Positions 10,606 to 21,431 of a DNA stretch of 64,000 bases are shown here, piece after piece. Under the pieces are notes generated by a model, which did no database searches, had not been told where the DNA came from, and worked only from the letters and a program-made list of their open reading frames with translations. The stretch spans positions 1 through 64,000 of the forward strand of contig CBDBHR010000004.1 of assembly GCA_965205865.1 (NCBI GenBank). Reading direction: 5' to 3'. Numbering within the stretch: position 1 is the first letter of the stretch; the number at the start of each line of letters is the position of its first letter. A program made the translations under genes and the position numbers. This DNA comes from a bacterium (GTDB lineage: Bacteria > SAR324 > NAC60-12).

Positions 10606-10947
10606 AATTTCGTTGCAAAGCTGACCGAGGAAAGATGTGTCGTGTGTGAACACAACCACCTGCCGCGTCTTTGCCTCTTTTGTCAACCTTTGAGCAACGT
10701 TACGCCGTCGCCAGTGATCTAGTGAAGAGACCGGGTCATCAAACACAATCCCGCACGCCGGAACTTTCGATGCCGCCGTTGGATCATTCGCATTCGGGTG
10801 GATCGGTTCCGTTTGATCTCTAGCCCGACAAGCCCTTTTCATTACCCGTGCATATCCAGACTTCCCTGATGCATTGCCGCCATAGATCACGGTCATTCCG
10901 GCGGCAGGCAACGAGGCAGGATCGAGATGTTTGAAGGACACGCTCAT
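10606..10947 (-). pseudogene. ABC/SMC-like AAA ATPase (RloC/AAA_13-like) with large internal deletion
   Basis: Walker A IYGGNASGKSG and Walker B/D-loop IVFDDPVSSLD..VFTHD only ~40 aa apart. Confidence 0.7.
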
Positions 10948-12521
10948 ACCCCAATCCTCGCCAAAATCTCCCGCAAGGCCTTGTCCGTCTCTCTGGTCTC
11001 GGCCTCAATCATATCCAGTTCCGCCACGATCTCCGAGAGCGGCCGGTAGGTCTCCGCATCGCCGGTGTGGATGTAGCGGCTTGGGGAAATGTTATAGTCG
11101 TTTTTCCTCAATTCTGAGTGCTCGACGATGCGGCTGAGTTTTGCCTTTTCCTTCCACTCGATCAGGGTGTCAGCGATGCGGGCGATGCCCTCGGGCGGGA
11201 TGAAGTTCTTGGGGTCGCCCTTCTCGAAAATCCGGCTGGCATTCACGAGGAATACTTTGCCTTGCCGGGCTTTTGGCTTGGCCTTGTTGAGAAAGAGCAC
11301 GATGCCCGGGGCGGTGGTGTTGTAGAAGAGGTTTTCTGGCAGGTAGAGGACGCTCTCGATAAGGTCATGCTCAACAAACCACTGGCGGACGGTTTTCTCC
11401 TTGTTGGCGCCAGCGTTGCCCGAGCCGCGGGAGGCGGCGCCGGTATCGAGGACGACGGCGGCGCGACCGGCTTGAAGACGCTCCGATCCTGACTCGAGGC
11501 TGGCGCACATGTGCTGGACCCAGCCCCAGTCGGCGGAGGACTTACCGGGAAAACCAGGGAGGAAACGCTCGAGTTCGTCGTTGTCGTAGTCGGCCACGCC
11601 ATATTCCCCCTGGTTCCACATGGGATTGGCGACGACGCAATCAAAGGTGCGGAGCTTGCCGTTTTTCTCGGCGCGGAACTTGGGGTTCTTGAAGGTGTCG
11701 CCGATCTCAATCTGTCCCTCCATGTCGTGGATGATCATATTCATGTTGGCCATGGCCCAGGTTTCGGGAACGTATTCCTGGCCGAACAGTTTGAGGGGCG
11801 CGTATTTCGCCTGCCTGGCGGCTTGCATTTTTGCCTCCATAGCGAGTTCGCACTTGATGAGGAGGCCGCCGGAACCGCAGGTGGGGTCGTAAATCTCCAT
11901 ACCCGGATCAGGCGCGAGGACGCGGGCCATGATCTCGCCGACTTCTCCGGGAGTATAGAACTCGCCGGCGCTCTGGCCGCCGCCTTCGGCGAATTTGCGG
12001 ATGAGGTATTCGTAACTCTTGCCGATGATGTCGGCCTCAACGTCCTCAAGCCCGAGGCGCTTGGTGCTGATGGCCTCTATGAGGTTGGAGAGGCGGTCGT
12101 CGTCGAGTTCGCGCTGGCCGTGGGTGGTGGCGTTGAAGTCGACGCGATCAATAATACCTTGCAGGGACTGGTTTTCACGAGCGATGGCCCGCATGTGGGT
12201 GGTTACGCCTTCGCCGATCTTGTCCGAGAGCTTGCGAATGACCGACCAGACCGGTTGTTCGGGATCGTCCGGTACGAGGGGGAGATAGAAGCGGACGAGC
12301 TTGTGGTCGGCCTTGACGAGTTGGAAGGCCTTCTTCCGCGAGCCGACCTCTGCGGCAATGCGGTTCACTTCGTCATCGAAGACGTCGCAGAGGCGCTTGG
12401 TGAAGATGAGAGGGAGAATATAGTCCTTGTATTTCGGCGCGTCCTTAGCCCCGCGGATGGAGCAGGCGGCATCCCATATCCATGATTCGAGAGATTTGTC
12501 TTTGGAAATAATTTCAGCCAT
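10944..12521 (-). CDS. hsdM: Type I restriction-modification methyltransferase subunit M
   Basis: [25 protein letters not shown] (SAM binding), VANPMW (NPPF-like), LPENLFYNT. Confidence 0.93.
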   Translation of the reverse strand: MAEIISKDKSLESWIWDAACSIRGAKDAPKYKDYILPLIFTKRLCDVFDDEVNRIAAEVGSRKKAFQLVKADHKLVRFYLPLVPDDPEQPVWSVIRKLSDKIGEGVTTHMRAIARENQSLQGIIDRVDFNATTHGQRELDDDRLSNLIEAISTKRLGLEDVEADIIGKSYEYLIRKFAEGGGQSAGEFYTPGEVGEIMARVLAPDPGMEIYDPTCGSGGLLIKCELAMEAKMQAARQAKYAPLKLFGQEYVPETWAMANMNMIIHDMEGQIEIGDTFKNPKFRAEKNGKLRTFDCVVANPMWNQGEYGVADYDNDELERFLPGFPGKSSADWGWVQHMCASLESGSERLQAGRAAVVLDTGAASRGSGNAGANKEKTVRQWFVEHDLIESVLYLPENLFYNTTAPGIVLFLNKAKPKARQGKVFLVNASRIFEKGDPKNFIPPEGIARIADTLIEWKEKAKLSRIVEHSELRKNDYNISPSRYIHTGDAETYRPLSEIVAELDMIEAETRETDKALREILARIGV

Positions 12522-13192
12522 GCAGGTATTTTTCAGAGCAATTGGAAATTGTCCACGCCGATTGGTTCAGGTACTTTGCCCGGACTGTCCGGAATTAAAG
12601 GGTATAGGAAGTTTAAATGCCCTATTTCGACTATTGAAAATATGCCAACGACCACTTTTTTGCAATGGGCAGTTTCAAGTCATAAGTGTAAAAAAATGTT
12701 TTGCTTGTGCTTTATGGCCCGTTCAATTTCAACAAAGCCTATACCTGCGGCAACCCACGCACGTCCCCTTTGGAGTATCGATGGGAGCCTTGACTGGTGA
12801 AAATACCATGAAAGCGAACGTGGGTGAAACGGTTCTATTCGTCCATTCCCAGGCAGATCGCCAATCCTTCCCACATCTGATTGGTGGGCCGGCGATCATG
12901 TTTGGGAAAGGGGCAACTTTGCCAATCCTCCCAGGAAAACCATAAAAGCTGGCGCATCGCTGCCGGTTCTGCCGCAGCTTTCCACACTGAACCGTTGGCT
13001 GAACTTAGGTCTGAGGGGAATTTCACAGATGTTCGTGTGAGCATTCACCGGGTAACATTAACAAATTTCGCCACATAGTGTGCCAACTCCAATTTTATTC
13101 AATCCACTTCGAAAAAGTAACATGTTGGCCTTCAGGACCACGAATAGTAGGCTGGTTAGGAATTTATTCATTACCCTCTTGACAGATGCTTT

Positions 13193-13270
13193 CATAGTAG
13201 GAAGTTCTCTTTTGTTTCTCCTGTACCGTCACCATGTTGTCCTCGGGATTCAATTCCACCCTTACGGACC
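13193..13270 (-). mobile_element. Internally deleted IS91-type remnant
   Basis: RVELNPEDNMVTVQEKQK matches RVELNSKENTVTVYEKQK of the 22557-22964 transposase and is joined to CATAGTAGGAA, identical to 22441-22451. Confidence 0.65.
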
Positions 13271-13816
13271 CCCTTTTTCTCAGATGCGTACATGACACCG
13301 TCCAATTGCCCCTCCGGTTATGCGAATGATATAATCCCCCGTAGAGACGCAATGCATGGCAACTCTACTGCGAGGAGTTCCGGCATTGGATAGGAGAGTC
13401 GAGTTTGGGAGGGGACCTCAGGTAGCTATTGATTGATGGCAAGTAGCACGAAACAATGATAAAATAAAAGGGACTCTTTTACATTCAGTGGGAAATTCAG
13501 CAGCCTTATCCAGTACTTCACCGGAGTGCATTCTGCTCCGGGTTAGCGTGTGTGCAGGGCATGGCTCAGAGCTAGTAAGAGGTTTCTTCCAATCTCGATT
13601 AGGCAGACAGACGAATTGATCCGGTTTTTTCTGTGGTTGAATGGTAGCCTGGGTAATTGCTGTAGCTAAATAGCTTTTAGCTGTCAGCTATCAGCTTTTG
13701 GATCATATTGGTATTACAGCTATTTTGTAACTGAAAACCCTACGCGGGCCGCTGTAGCTGAGCACTGATAGCATTTTCGCGATAGTGACTAGGTAGAGGT
13801 TATTCATTCCACGAAA

Positions 13817-14167
13817 ATGAAGGGCAAAGTGGCAATTGAAAGAGCCGCAGATATTACCCCAGAAACAGTCGTTCATAGGGTTGGCGGCGGAAACGCAGAT
13901 AACTTGCTACTATCAATACTGGAGGAGAAATTAATGCCGCCGGGAATTTCTATCCTTTTGGGCGGAACACCTCAGCAAGCAGCTACTCAGATGAGACAAG
14001 CCTTTCCAAGATCCCGAAAGTGGCGACGTACCGCCCACACCGTTGGGACGACTACAGCGGCAGCGTTGCGACAGGCAGGCTTTGAAATTGTACCCGATTC
14101 CACGCCTCGTTTTCCCAACCATAAAGGTTGGCACAGACTTTTCGAGACACGAGAGGATGCTTTATGA
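13817..14167 (+). CDS. Hypothetical protein (possible polymorphic-toxin-tip-like domain)
   Basis: 116 aa ORF, PPGISIL..AGFEIVPDSTPRFPNH; stop overlaps the next start (ATGA). Confidence 0.45.
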   Translation: MKGKVAIERAADITPETVVHRVGGGNADNLLLSILEEKLMPPGISILLGGTPQQAATQMRQAFPRSRKWRRTAHTVGTTTAAALRQAGFEIVPDSTPRFPNHKGWHRLFETREDAL

Positions 14168-14580
14168 AACTGTATGCCAAACAATTGGTTGACCTGATCG
14201 ACGCCCAACAGCGGCAGATCGGCCAAATGAAGATTGGACGCAATGAAAATCATCTCATCTTCGGCAAGTTTTTCCCAAGTTCCGATTTTTCCACCGTAAA
14301 GCGTCTCTTTGAGGATTTCGAGGAGGCGGTTAACCTTCAAGCCCTCAGTGTCGTCGATGAACTGGACACTAAAATTGCAGCACTAGGGTTGTACTTACGT
14401 ACACCGGATGGATCGCAACGTATTGAAATCCATGATGCGCAAATCTGGAGCGATGGTGACATGACATGTCAGCTGTGCGATAGAACCCTTGCCCCCCCGT
14501 CGCTGGTACTTTATTCCTCTTTCTATCTGGCCAACGAGATAAAGTTCACCTGCGAGCGTAGCGAGTCAGGTGGAACGTAG
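14164..14580 (+). CDS. Hypothetical protein (possible immunity-like partner); C-terminus runs into duplicated block
   Basis: GAGGA RBS then ATG 14164 (MKLYAKQL); coupled to the upstream ORF. Confidence 0.5.
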   Translation: MKLYAKQLVDLIDAQQRQIGQMKIGRNENHLIFGKFFPSSDFSTVKRLFEDFEEAVNLQALSVVDELDTKIAALGLYLRTPDGSQRIEIHDAQIWSDGDMTCQLCDRTLAPPSLVLYSSFYLANEIKFTCERSESGGT

Positions 14581-15077
14581 AAATCACCGGACTTTGCCGG
14601 AGCGAGGTACGCACGCAGGTAAAGCGCCGGTGCATTGAACCGCCCTCATTTCTCTTTCATCTCTACCGCCTTCAAGGCCTTTTCTGTCCATTTCTGGGGA
14701 TTCATCGGACCGCTTTCATGCGAGCTTGATCAATTATTGTTTAATGGTAGCACTCATTTTAATAGAGTGCTAATAATCGCTTCCCAGCGATTGAAAAAAA
14801 TACGGTTGACTCATTATTAGCACTCTATTAAGCTGGTCTTTCGTTTTTTTTTTGATAGATTTCAAGAAATCATCTTTGGTTTAAGGTTTTATTTCAATTT
14901 CGCTCATATTTATTTAGCCGAAAGTCATGTCAAACCTCATATCCTCACCAGAGGATTTTTAGAAACGGTCAACGGGGAATGGAAAAGTGCCAAAAATGTT
15001 GACTTCTGTATCTTAATATTTTTGTTGATCATCAGAAGACACTCATGAATGAATGAGTCGCCCTATTTAAAAAAAAT

Positions 15078-15107
15078 TTGACAAACATTTGCAAAGCATT
15101 ATACAAT
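15078..15107 (+). promoter_or_regulatory. Sigma70-type promoter (copy at 19148-19177)
   Basis: TTGACA-N18-TACAAT, identical in both duplicated copies. Confidence 0.55.
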
Positions 15108-15230
15108 ATTTTATTCTAGGAACGAAAGTACAATAATGCGATCCTTCGCTTTACTCAGGATGACATGAAAGTCTGAAATTAACTTGTTTCGAGTATAAAA
15201 AGATATTGACAATAAGGTAGATATGAGAGT

Positions 15231-15321
15231 AGCACCAAGCACCAAGCACCCAGTTCCTAAGTTTCCAGTCTCAAGTTCTAAGTTCCAAGCCCCAAGTAAC
15301 AAGTTCCAAATCCCAAGTTCT
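15231..15321 (+). repeat. Heptamer tandem array in SBP leader
   Basis: AGCACCA x2-3 then AAGTTYY-like units. Confidence 0.85.
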
Positions 15322-15575
15322 ACCCCCTTATGTCATCTCGACTTCAGGGAGAGATCCTTAAGATTCCTCAGTTCATTTCAGCAAGAAATTCCTCAAGAGA
15401 ATTTAAAGTACATGGTTCATTGCCCCATCCTGGAGCCAATGAATCGTTTTTTTGATCACTCCAAAATGAAGGAGACCCAATGTGTAGAGAAATCGTCGAA
15501 AACGTGCTTTCGGGCACGAAAGCAGGTTTTAAATCAATCCTTAATATTTTTAAACATCCAAACGGAGAATCTTGT

Positions 15576-17357
15576 ATGTTTAATCTAAAAAGCAGCTCAA
15601 AATTGAGCGCAACCCTGCTGGCTCTCATCATGGGAGCAAGCGTCTTCTTGGCTGGCCAGGTCTGGGCAGCCGAGATGGTGAAAGATCCAGCCACTGGCGA
15701 GATGGTGGAAGCACCTCGCTATGGAGGGACCATCACCTATCCCACCGCCTCGGGTATTGGGGAGCATGCTGACATCTGGCATGGTACCCATATGGGAGTG
15801 TCCATAGTCACTGGTGTGCTCGAGAAGCTCAGCATACCGAATTGGGCGCTTGATCGGGAGGTCTGGGACATGAGGAGTGCCTATGTCCAGCCCGAACATT
15901 TAGTAGGAGCCTTGGCGGAAAGCTGGCAGGTGCCCGACGACTTAACCTATATCTTCTACATCCGCCAGGGGGTTCGCTGGCACGATAAGGCGCCTATGAA
16001 CGGTCGAGCCTTGACGGCCCAGGATGTCGTCTATAACTTTCACCGTATGCTGGGTCTGGGCAGCGGCTTCACGGAAGCTAGCCCTCATGCTCACGATCTC
16101 ACTGGGATTCCCTTCGAATCGATCACGGCCGAATCACCGAGAAAAGTGGTGATGAAGCTGAAGCGGCCCTACTTTACGGCGCTGAACCTTATCCTTGATT
16201 GGTTCGTTTTTATCTATCCTCCCGAGGTCATCCGGCAACACGGCGACGCAAAGGATTGGAGGAACCTGGTTGGCACCGGGCCGTTTATACTGACCGACCT
16301 TGTCGATGGAAGCTCGCTCACCTATACGAAGAATCCTAACTACTGGGGCTACGATGCAAAGTTCCCGGAGAACCGCCTACCCTATATTGACAGATTGCGG
16401 ATCCTGGAAATGAAAGAAGAAGTAACCCGTCTGGCGGCACTGCGCTCGGGTAGGCTTGATTTAGTCGGTGGTATCGGCTCTTCTCAAATAAAATTGATCG
16501 ACCAGGTGGAGAGCCTCAAGAGGACCAACCCCGATCTCGTGCAATGGCCGCATTTCTCGCGATCGGAGACCGTTTATAATTTAAACCTGACTAACCCGTA
16601 CTTTTCCGACATCCGGGTGCGCATCGCCCTGCAGAAAGCCTTACCCCTTGAGGAAATTAACCAGGGCTACTTTAATGGGCAAGGCAACTGGATCCCCCAC
16701 GGGATGGTAGGCGACTCGCTCAAGGGGTATTACATTCCCTATGAGCAGTGGCCCAAAGCCTTGCAGGAAGAGTTTGCCTATGACCCACAAGAGGCCGAGA
16801 GGCTCCTGGATGAGGCAGGCTATCCGCGGGGCGCAGACGGCATTCGATTCAAGACCCATGTGCTGCACTATGAAAATCAAGATATCGCCTATCCGGAATT
16901 AGTGACGGAATACTGGCGTCGGATTGGCGTTAAGGTGCAGATTCGGACCCCGCCTTATACGGAGGCGATCGCTCTCGCCAGTCAAATGAAATTTGAAGCG
17001 ATACGTAATGGAGAAGGGGGCCATCACTATTTCGGTGAGCATCTCGTGACCCGCTTCTGGGGAGGCGCGAAAATATGGAACGTCATCGTCGCCAAAGACC
17101 CGGAGTTTGACAAGATGATTGATGCCCTTCGCGCGGCGAATGACCTCGAGAGTTACCAGAAAATTTTCCGGGAGGCAGATATGTACGCCATCAAGAAGCA
17201 TTGGTTCATCTGGGGTCCCGATGCCCCACACTTTCATGTGAGCCATAAGTGGGTCAAAGGGTATAACGGGGAATTCTGGTTTGGATTTGTGAATCGGAAT
17301 CCCCTCTTGGCCCACCTCTGGGTTGACCAGGAGCTGAAGAAAGAGATGGGGTTCTAG
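15576..17357 (+). CDS. ABC transporter substrate-binding protein, family 5 (Opp/Dpp-like), copy 1
   Basis: GGAG RBS, Sec signal (..GQVWA), PRYGGT, LAESW, IRQGVRWHD, GTGPF, KNPNYW, YDPQEAERLLDEAGY. Confidence 0.93.
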   Translation: MFNLKSSSKLSATLLALIMGASVFLAGQVWAAEMVKDPATGEMVEAPRYGGTITYPTASGIGEHADIWHGTHMGVSIVTGVLEKLSIPNWALDREVWDMRSAYVQPEHLVGALAESWQVPDDLTYIFYIRQGVRWHDKAPMNGRALTAQDVVYNFHRMLGLGSGFTEASPHAHDLTGIPFESITAESPRKVVMKLKRPYFTALNLILDWFVFIYPPEVIRQHGDAKDWRNLVGTGPFILTDLVDGSSLTYTKNPNYWGYDAKFPENRLPYIDRLRILEMKEEVTRLAALRSGRLDLVGGIGSSQIKLIDQVESLKRTNPDLVQWPHFSRSETVYNLNLTNPYFSDIRVRIALQKALPLEEINQGYFNGQGNWIPHGMVGDSLKGYYIPYEQWPKALQEEFAYDPQEAERLLDEAGYPRGADGIRFKTHVLHYENQDIAYPELVTEYWRRIGVKVQIRTPPYTEAIALASQMKFEAIRNGEGGHHYFGEHLVTRFWGGAKIWNVIVAKDPEFDKMIDALRAANDLESYQKIFREADMYAIKKHWFIWGPDAPHFHVSHKWVKGYNGEFWFGFVNRNPLLAHLWVDQELKKEMGF

Positions 17358-17855
17358 ATGGGTTGATTGCCAAGCAACTGTGGGACGGTGGTGGAAGCCT
17401 CCATCCCACAATGCTTTGGTTGCTTGTTTGAGACCCTCCCCTCCGCGTTTGTATCGCATTATTGGGGAGGTTTTTTCCAGACAGCCGGCGATCTGCACCA
17501 AGAGAGGTTCACCCCTCAGGATCACATCAAGGCCAGCGGGTGGTGCCTTCATAACACCCGCCAATTGATTAAACATGTTTCCTTTTGAGATGGAGGGCTG
17601 CTGCGGTGGTCCTCCATCTCGCCACAGCGGTTTCGCTTGCCGGTTCACCATCAGTACGTCATTCTCCCACTTGGCACCAACATGAAAGCAACGTCCGCAC
17701 CTGCTCGCAGCAGGTGTTGCAAGAGCGACTGGCTATCGGGACTGTAACCCGGGGGAAACGTACCGGGAAACGCCGTCTCTCTGCAAAATCCCAACCCTTG
17801 AGAGGGCGAATCTTGCGGAGGACCGGCACCAACACTCAAGAGGGGGACTATCTAT

Positions 17856-18137
17856 TTATGTATCACGGAATTTCTGAATTCGGGAGATCTGATCTTGGAC
17901 TTTTTCAACTTCATCATCGTAAGAAGCCCAATTGTCAAATGCATCTGAAACTAATATTTCCAATCGTTCTTTATACTCAATATAGGATTTTGAGGTTTTT
18001 CCAACTTTAGGAAAGGAAGTAAAGACGTTTAAACAGTTTTGGAGAGTTTCTAAAACCTTTTCAGCAGAGGAAGACTCTTTCTGCAATTCACGAAGTTCTT
18101 GACGTTTACGAAATAATAGCTGTTTAACGGTGCTCAT
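17856..18137 (-). CDS. Hypothetical coiled-coil protein
   Basis: 93 aa AT-rich ORF; frameshifted in copy B (T-run ~22044). Confidence 0.4.
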   Translation of the reverse strand: MSTVKQLLFRKRQELRELQKESSSAEKVLETLQNCLNVFTSFPKVGKTSKSYIEYKERLEILVSDAFDNWASYDDEVEKVQDQISRIQKFRDT

Positions 18138-18349
18138 GACTCACGCATCCGTTCAAATTTTTCACGAAATTGTTGGCGTTGCTTTTTAAGTGTATCAATT
18201 TCCTTATTCATTTCTTCAATAAATGGCTCGATATTTTCATCCTTTGCCATTTGAGAGATTTCTTCTTCACTAAGCTCCGTAATAATTGAAACCGATCTTT
18301 CATCTGGGGGCGTTTTTTGGAGATTCTTTGGCATAAGACCTTTTAACAC
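18134..18349 (-). CDS. Hypothetical protein (copy at 22140-22355)
   Basis: 71 aa ORF, coupled to the next ORF. Confidence 0.35.
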   Translation of the reverse strand: MLKGLMPKNLQKTPPDERSVSIITELSEEEISQMAKDENIEPFIEEMNKEIDTLKKQRQQFREKFERMRES

Positions 18350-19275
18350 ATGAAGGGTAAAACTAATCTATTAATTTGTTATCTTTTGTGATTTTATAAC
18401 TCTGTTCAACAGCCCATTCAATATACTCTTTAATATGAAGCGCTAAACTCGTGTAATGTTTTAATGTATCAATCATATCTGATTCTGGCCATTCATGCAA
18501 CTGTAGTCGTTCAACCTTATTCCGGATACCCCACGAGACAACACCCTTGAGCATTCATATCTCATAGTCGTGACAGACCTTCCTGTATCAGGGCCTTGCC
18601 CCCCGTCGCTGCTACTTTATTCCTCTTTCTATCTGGCCAACGAGATAAAGTTCACCTGCGAGCGTAGCGAGTCAGGTGGAACGTAGAAATCACCGGACTT
18701 TGCCGGAGCGAGGTACGAACGCAGGTAAAGCTCCGGTGCATTGAACCGCTCTCATTTCTCGTTCATCTCTACCGCCTTCAAGGCCTTTTTTGTCCATTTC
18801 TGGGGATTCATCGGACCGCTTTCATGCGGGCTTGATCAAATAATGGTAGCATTTTAATAGAGTGCTAATAACGCTTCCCAGCGATTGAAAATAATACTGA
18901 CAAATTTTTGCACTCTCAGTTTTTCGTTTTATCTTTTGATAGATTTCAAGAAAACGCTTTTGGTTGAAGGTTTTATTTCAATGTCGCTCCTATTTATTGA
19001 GCCGAAAGTCATGTCAAACATCATATCATCACCAGAGGATTTTTAGAAACGGTCAACGGGGAATTGAAAAGTGCCAAACAAAAATGTTGACTCCTGTATC
19101 TCATTTTCGTTGATCATCAGAAGACACTCATGAATGAATGAGTCGATTTGACAAACATTTGCAAAGCATTATACAATATTTTATTCCAGGGACGGAAGTA
19201 CAATAATGCGATCCTTCGCTTTACTCAGGATGACATGAAAGTCTGAAATTAACCCGATTCAAGTATAAAAAATTC

Positions 19276-19303
19276 TTGACAAAAGGTTATATGAGAGTAT
19301 CAT
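19276..19303 (+). promoter_or_regulatory. Sigma70-type promoter preceding heptamer array
   Basis: TTGACA-N16-TATCAT; positional homologue of 4801-4829 and 15206-15235. Confidence 0.55.
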
Positions 19304-19308
19304 TCAAT

Positions 19309-19391
19309 CACCCGGCACCCGGCACCCGGCACCCGGCACCCGGCACCCCAAGTTCTAAGTTCCCACATTCTAAATCCCAAGTCCCCAGTTC
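19309..19391 (+). repeat. Heptamer tandem array in SBP leader
   Basis: (CACCCGG)x5 followed by AAGTTCY-like units. Confidence 0.88.
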
Positions 19392-19655
19392 ATTGGGTTG
19401 TCCCCCCTTATGTCATCTCGACTTCAGGGAGAGATCCTTAAGATTCCTCAGTTCATTTCAGCAAGAAATTCCTCAAGAGAATTTAAAGTACATGGTTCAT
19501 GGCCCCATCCTGGAGCCAATGAATCGTTTTTTTGATCACTCCAAAATGAAGGAGACCCAATGTGTAGAGAAATCGTCGAGAACGTGCTTTCGGGAACGAA
19601 AGCAGGTTTTAAATCAATCCTTAATATTTTTAAACATCCAAATGGAGAATCTCGT

Positions 19656-21431
19656 ATGTTTAATCTAAAAAGCAGCTCAAAATTGAGCGCAACCCTGCTG
19701 GCTCTCATCATGGGAGCCAGCGTCTTCTTGGCTGGCCAGGTCTGGGCAGCCGAGATGGTCAAAGATCCAGCCACTGGCGAGATGGTGGAAGTACCTCGCT
19801 ATGGAGGGACCATCACCTATCCCCAGGCCAGGGGTATTGGAGAGCATGCTGACCTCTGGTATAGCCCCCATATAGCTTTCTCCATCGTCCCTGGTGTGCT
19901 CGAGAAGCCCAGCATGCCGAATTGGGCGATAGATAGGGACGTCTGGGACATGAGCAATATCTTCGTCCGGACCGAACATTTAGTAGGAGCCTTGGCGGAA
20001 AGCTGGGAGGTGCCCGACGACACAACCTATATCTTCTACATCCGCCAGGGGGTTCGCTGGCACGATAAGGCACCCCTGAACGGTCGAGCCTTGACGGCCC
20101 AGGATGTCGTCTATAACTTTCACCGTTGGCTGGGGATAGGCAGCGGCTTCACGGAACCTGGCCCTAATGCTCATGATTTAGCTAATGTGCCCTTCGAATC
20201 GATCACGGCCGAATCACCGAGAAAGGTGGTGATGAAGCTGAAGCGGCCCTACTTTACGGCGCTGAACCTAATCATTGAGCGGGAGTACAGCTTTATCTAT
20301 CCCCCGGAGGTCATCCAGCAACACGGCGACGCGAAGGATTGGAGGAACCTGGTCGGCACCGGGCCGTTTATGCTGACCGACCATGTCGAAGGCAGCTCGC
20401 TCACCTATACGAAGAATCCGAACTACTGGGGCTACGATGCCAAGTTTCCGGAGAACCGCCTGCCCTATATTGACACATTGAGGGTCCTGGAAATGACAGA
20501 AGAAGCGACCCGTCTGGCGGCACTGCGCTCGGGTAAGCTTGATTTAGTTGGTCCTGCCGGCGTTTCTCAAATAAAATCGATCGACCAGGCGGAGAGCCTC
20601 GGGAAGACCAACCCCGAACTCAGGCAATGGCCGTTTTTCATTCGATCGGAGACCATTTATAGTTTTAACGTGAATAACCCACACTTTGCCGATAAGCGGG
20701 TGCGCATCGCCCTGCAGAAAGCGTTACCCCTTGAGGAAATTAACAAGGGCTACTTTAAGGGGCAAGGCAATTGGATCCCCCACGGGATGGTAGGCGACTC
20801 TCTCAAGGGGTATTTGATCCCCTATGAGCAGTGGCCCAAAGACTTGCAGGAAGAGTTTGCCTATGACCCGCAAGAGGCCGAGAGGCTCCTGGATGAGGCG
20901 GGCTATCCGCGGGGCGCAGACGGCATTCGATTCAAGACCCAGGTGCTGCACCCTATTTCTCGAGATATCGCCTATCCGGAATTAGTGACGGAATACTGGC
21001 GTCGGATTGGCGTTGAGGTGGAGATTTGGACCCCGCCTTTGACGGAGTTTATCGCTGTCGCCAGTCAAATGAAACATAAAGCGATGCGTGGTGGAGAGGG
21101 GGGTCATCACTATCGCATCTCGTGTCCCGCTTCTGGGGAGGCGCGAAAATATGGAACCCCTCCGTCGTCAAAGACCCGGAGTTTGACAAGCATTGATGCC
21201 CTTCGCGCGGCGAATGACCTCGAGAGTTACAAGAGATACTTCCGAGAGGCAGATATGTACTCCATCAAGCAGCATTGGTACATCTGGGGTCCCGATGCCC
21301 CACACTATCATGTGAGCCATCAGTGGGTCAAAGGGTATAACGGGGAAGGCCAATTTGGATCTAATAATGAGCATGCCCTCTTCGCCCGCCTCTGGGTTGA
21401 CCAGGAACTGAAGAAAGAGATGGGCTTCTAG
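19656..21431 (+). CDS. ABC transporter substrate-binding protein, family 5, copy 2 (compensated double frameshift ~21113-21192)
   Basis: Same framework as copy 1; -7 and -2 nt indels relative to copy 1 restore frame after ~26 codons. Confidence 0.9.
   Translation: MFNLKSSSKLSATLLALIMGASVFLAGQVWAAEMVKDPATGEMVEVPRYGGTITYPQARGIGEHADLWYSPHIAFSIVPGVLEKPSMPNWAIDRDVWDMSNIFVRTEHLVGALAESWEVPDDTTYIFYIRQGVRWHDKAPLNGRALTAQDVVYNFHRWLGIGSGFTEPGPNAHDLANVPFESITAESPRKVVMKLKRPYFTALNLIIEREYSFIYPPEVIQQHGDAKDWRNLVGTGPFMLTDHVEGSSLTYTKNPNYWGYDAKFPENRLPYIDTLRVLEMTEEATRLAALRSGKLDLVGPAGVSQIKSIDQAESLGKTNPELRQWPFFIRSETIYSFNVNNPHFADKRVRIALQKALPLEEINKGYFKGQGNWIPHGMVGDSLKGYLIPYEQWPKDLQEEFAYDPQEAERLLDEAGYPRGADGIRFKTQVLHPISRDIAYPELVTEYWRRIGVEVEIWTPPLTEFIAVASQMKHKAMRGGEGGHHYRISCPASGEARKYGTPPSSKTRSLTSIDALRAANDLESYKRYFREADMYSIKQHWYIWGPDAPHYHVSHQWVKGYNGEGQFGSNNEHALFARLWVDQELKKEMGF

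Larger units (their letters stand above)
14487..18433 (+). repeat. Tandem segmental duplication, copy A (~3.9 kb)
   Basis: Aligns with 18594-22439 from CCTTGCCCCCC..CGTCGCT to CAATATACTCTTTAA. Confidence 0.95.

Noticed and set aside
8972-12485. Long plus-strand ORFs (8972-9949, 11511-12485)
   Set aside because: Antisense shadows of GC-rich hsdR/yhcG/hsdM sequence; no family motifs
12540-13160. Possible gene or ncRNA upstream of hsdM
   Set aside because: Only short ORFs without motifs; no recognisable RNA structure
17358-17850. ORFs downstream of the SBP genes (both copies)
   Set aside because: No recognisable motifs; frames differ between copies through indels; may be a decayed remnant but cannot be assigned
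4682-19391. CRISPR array
   Set aside because: Repeats are contiguous 7-mers without unique spacers; no cas genes
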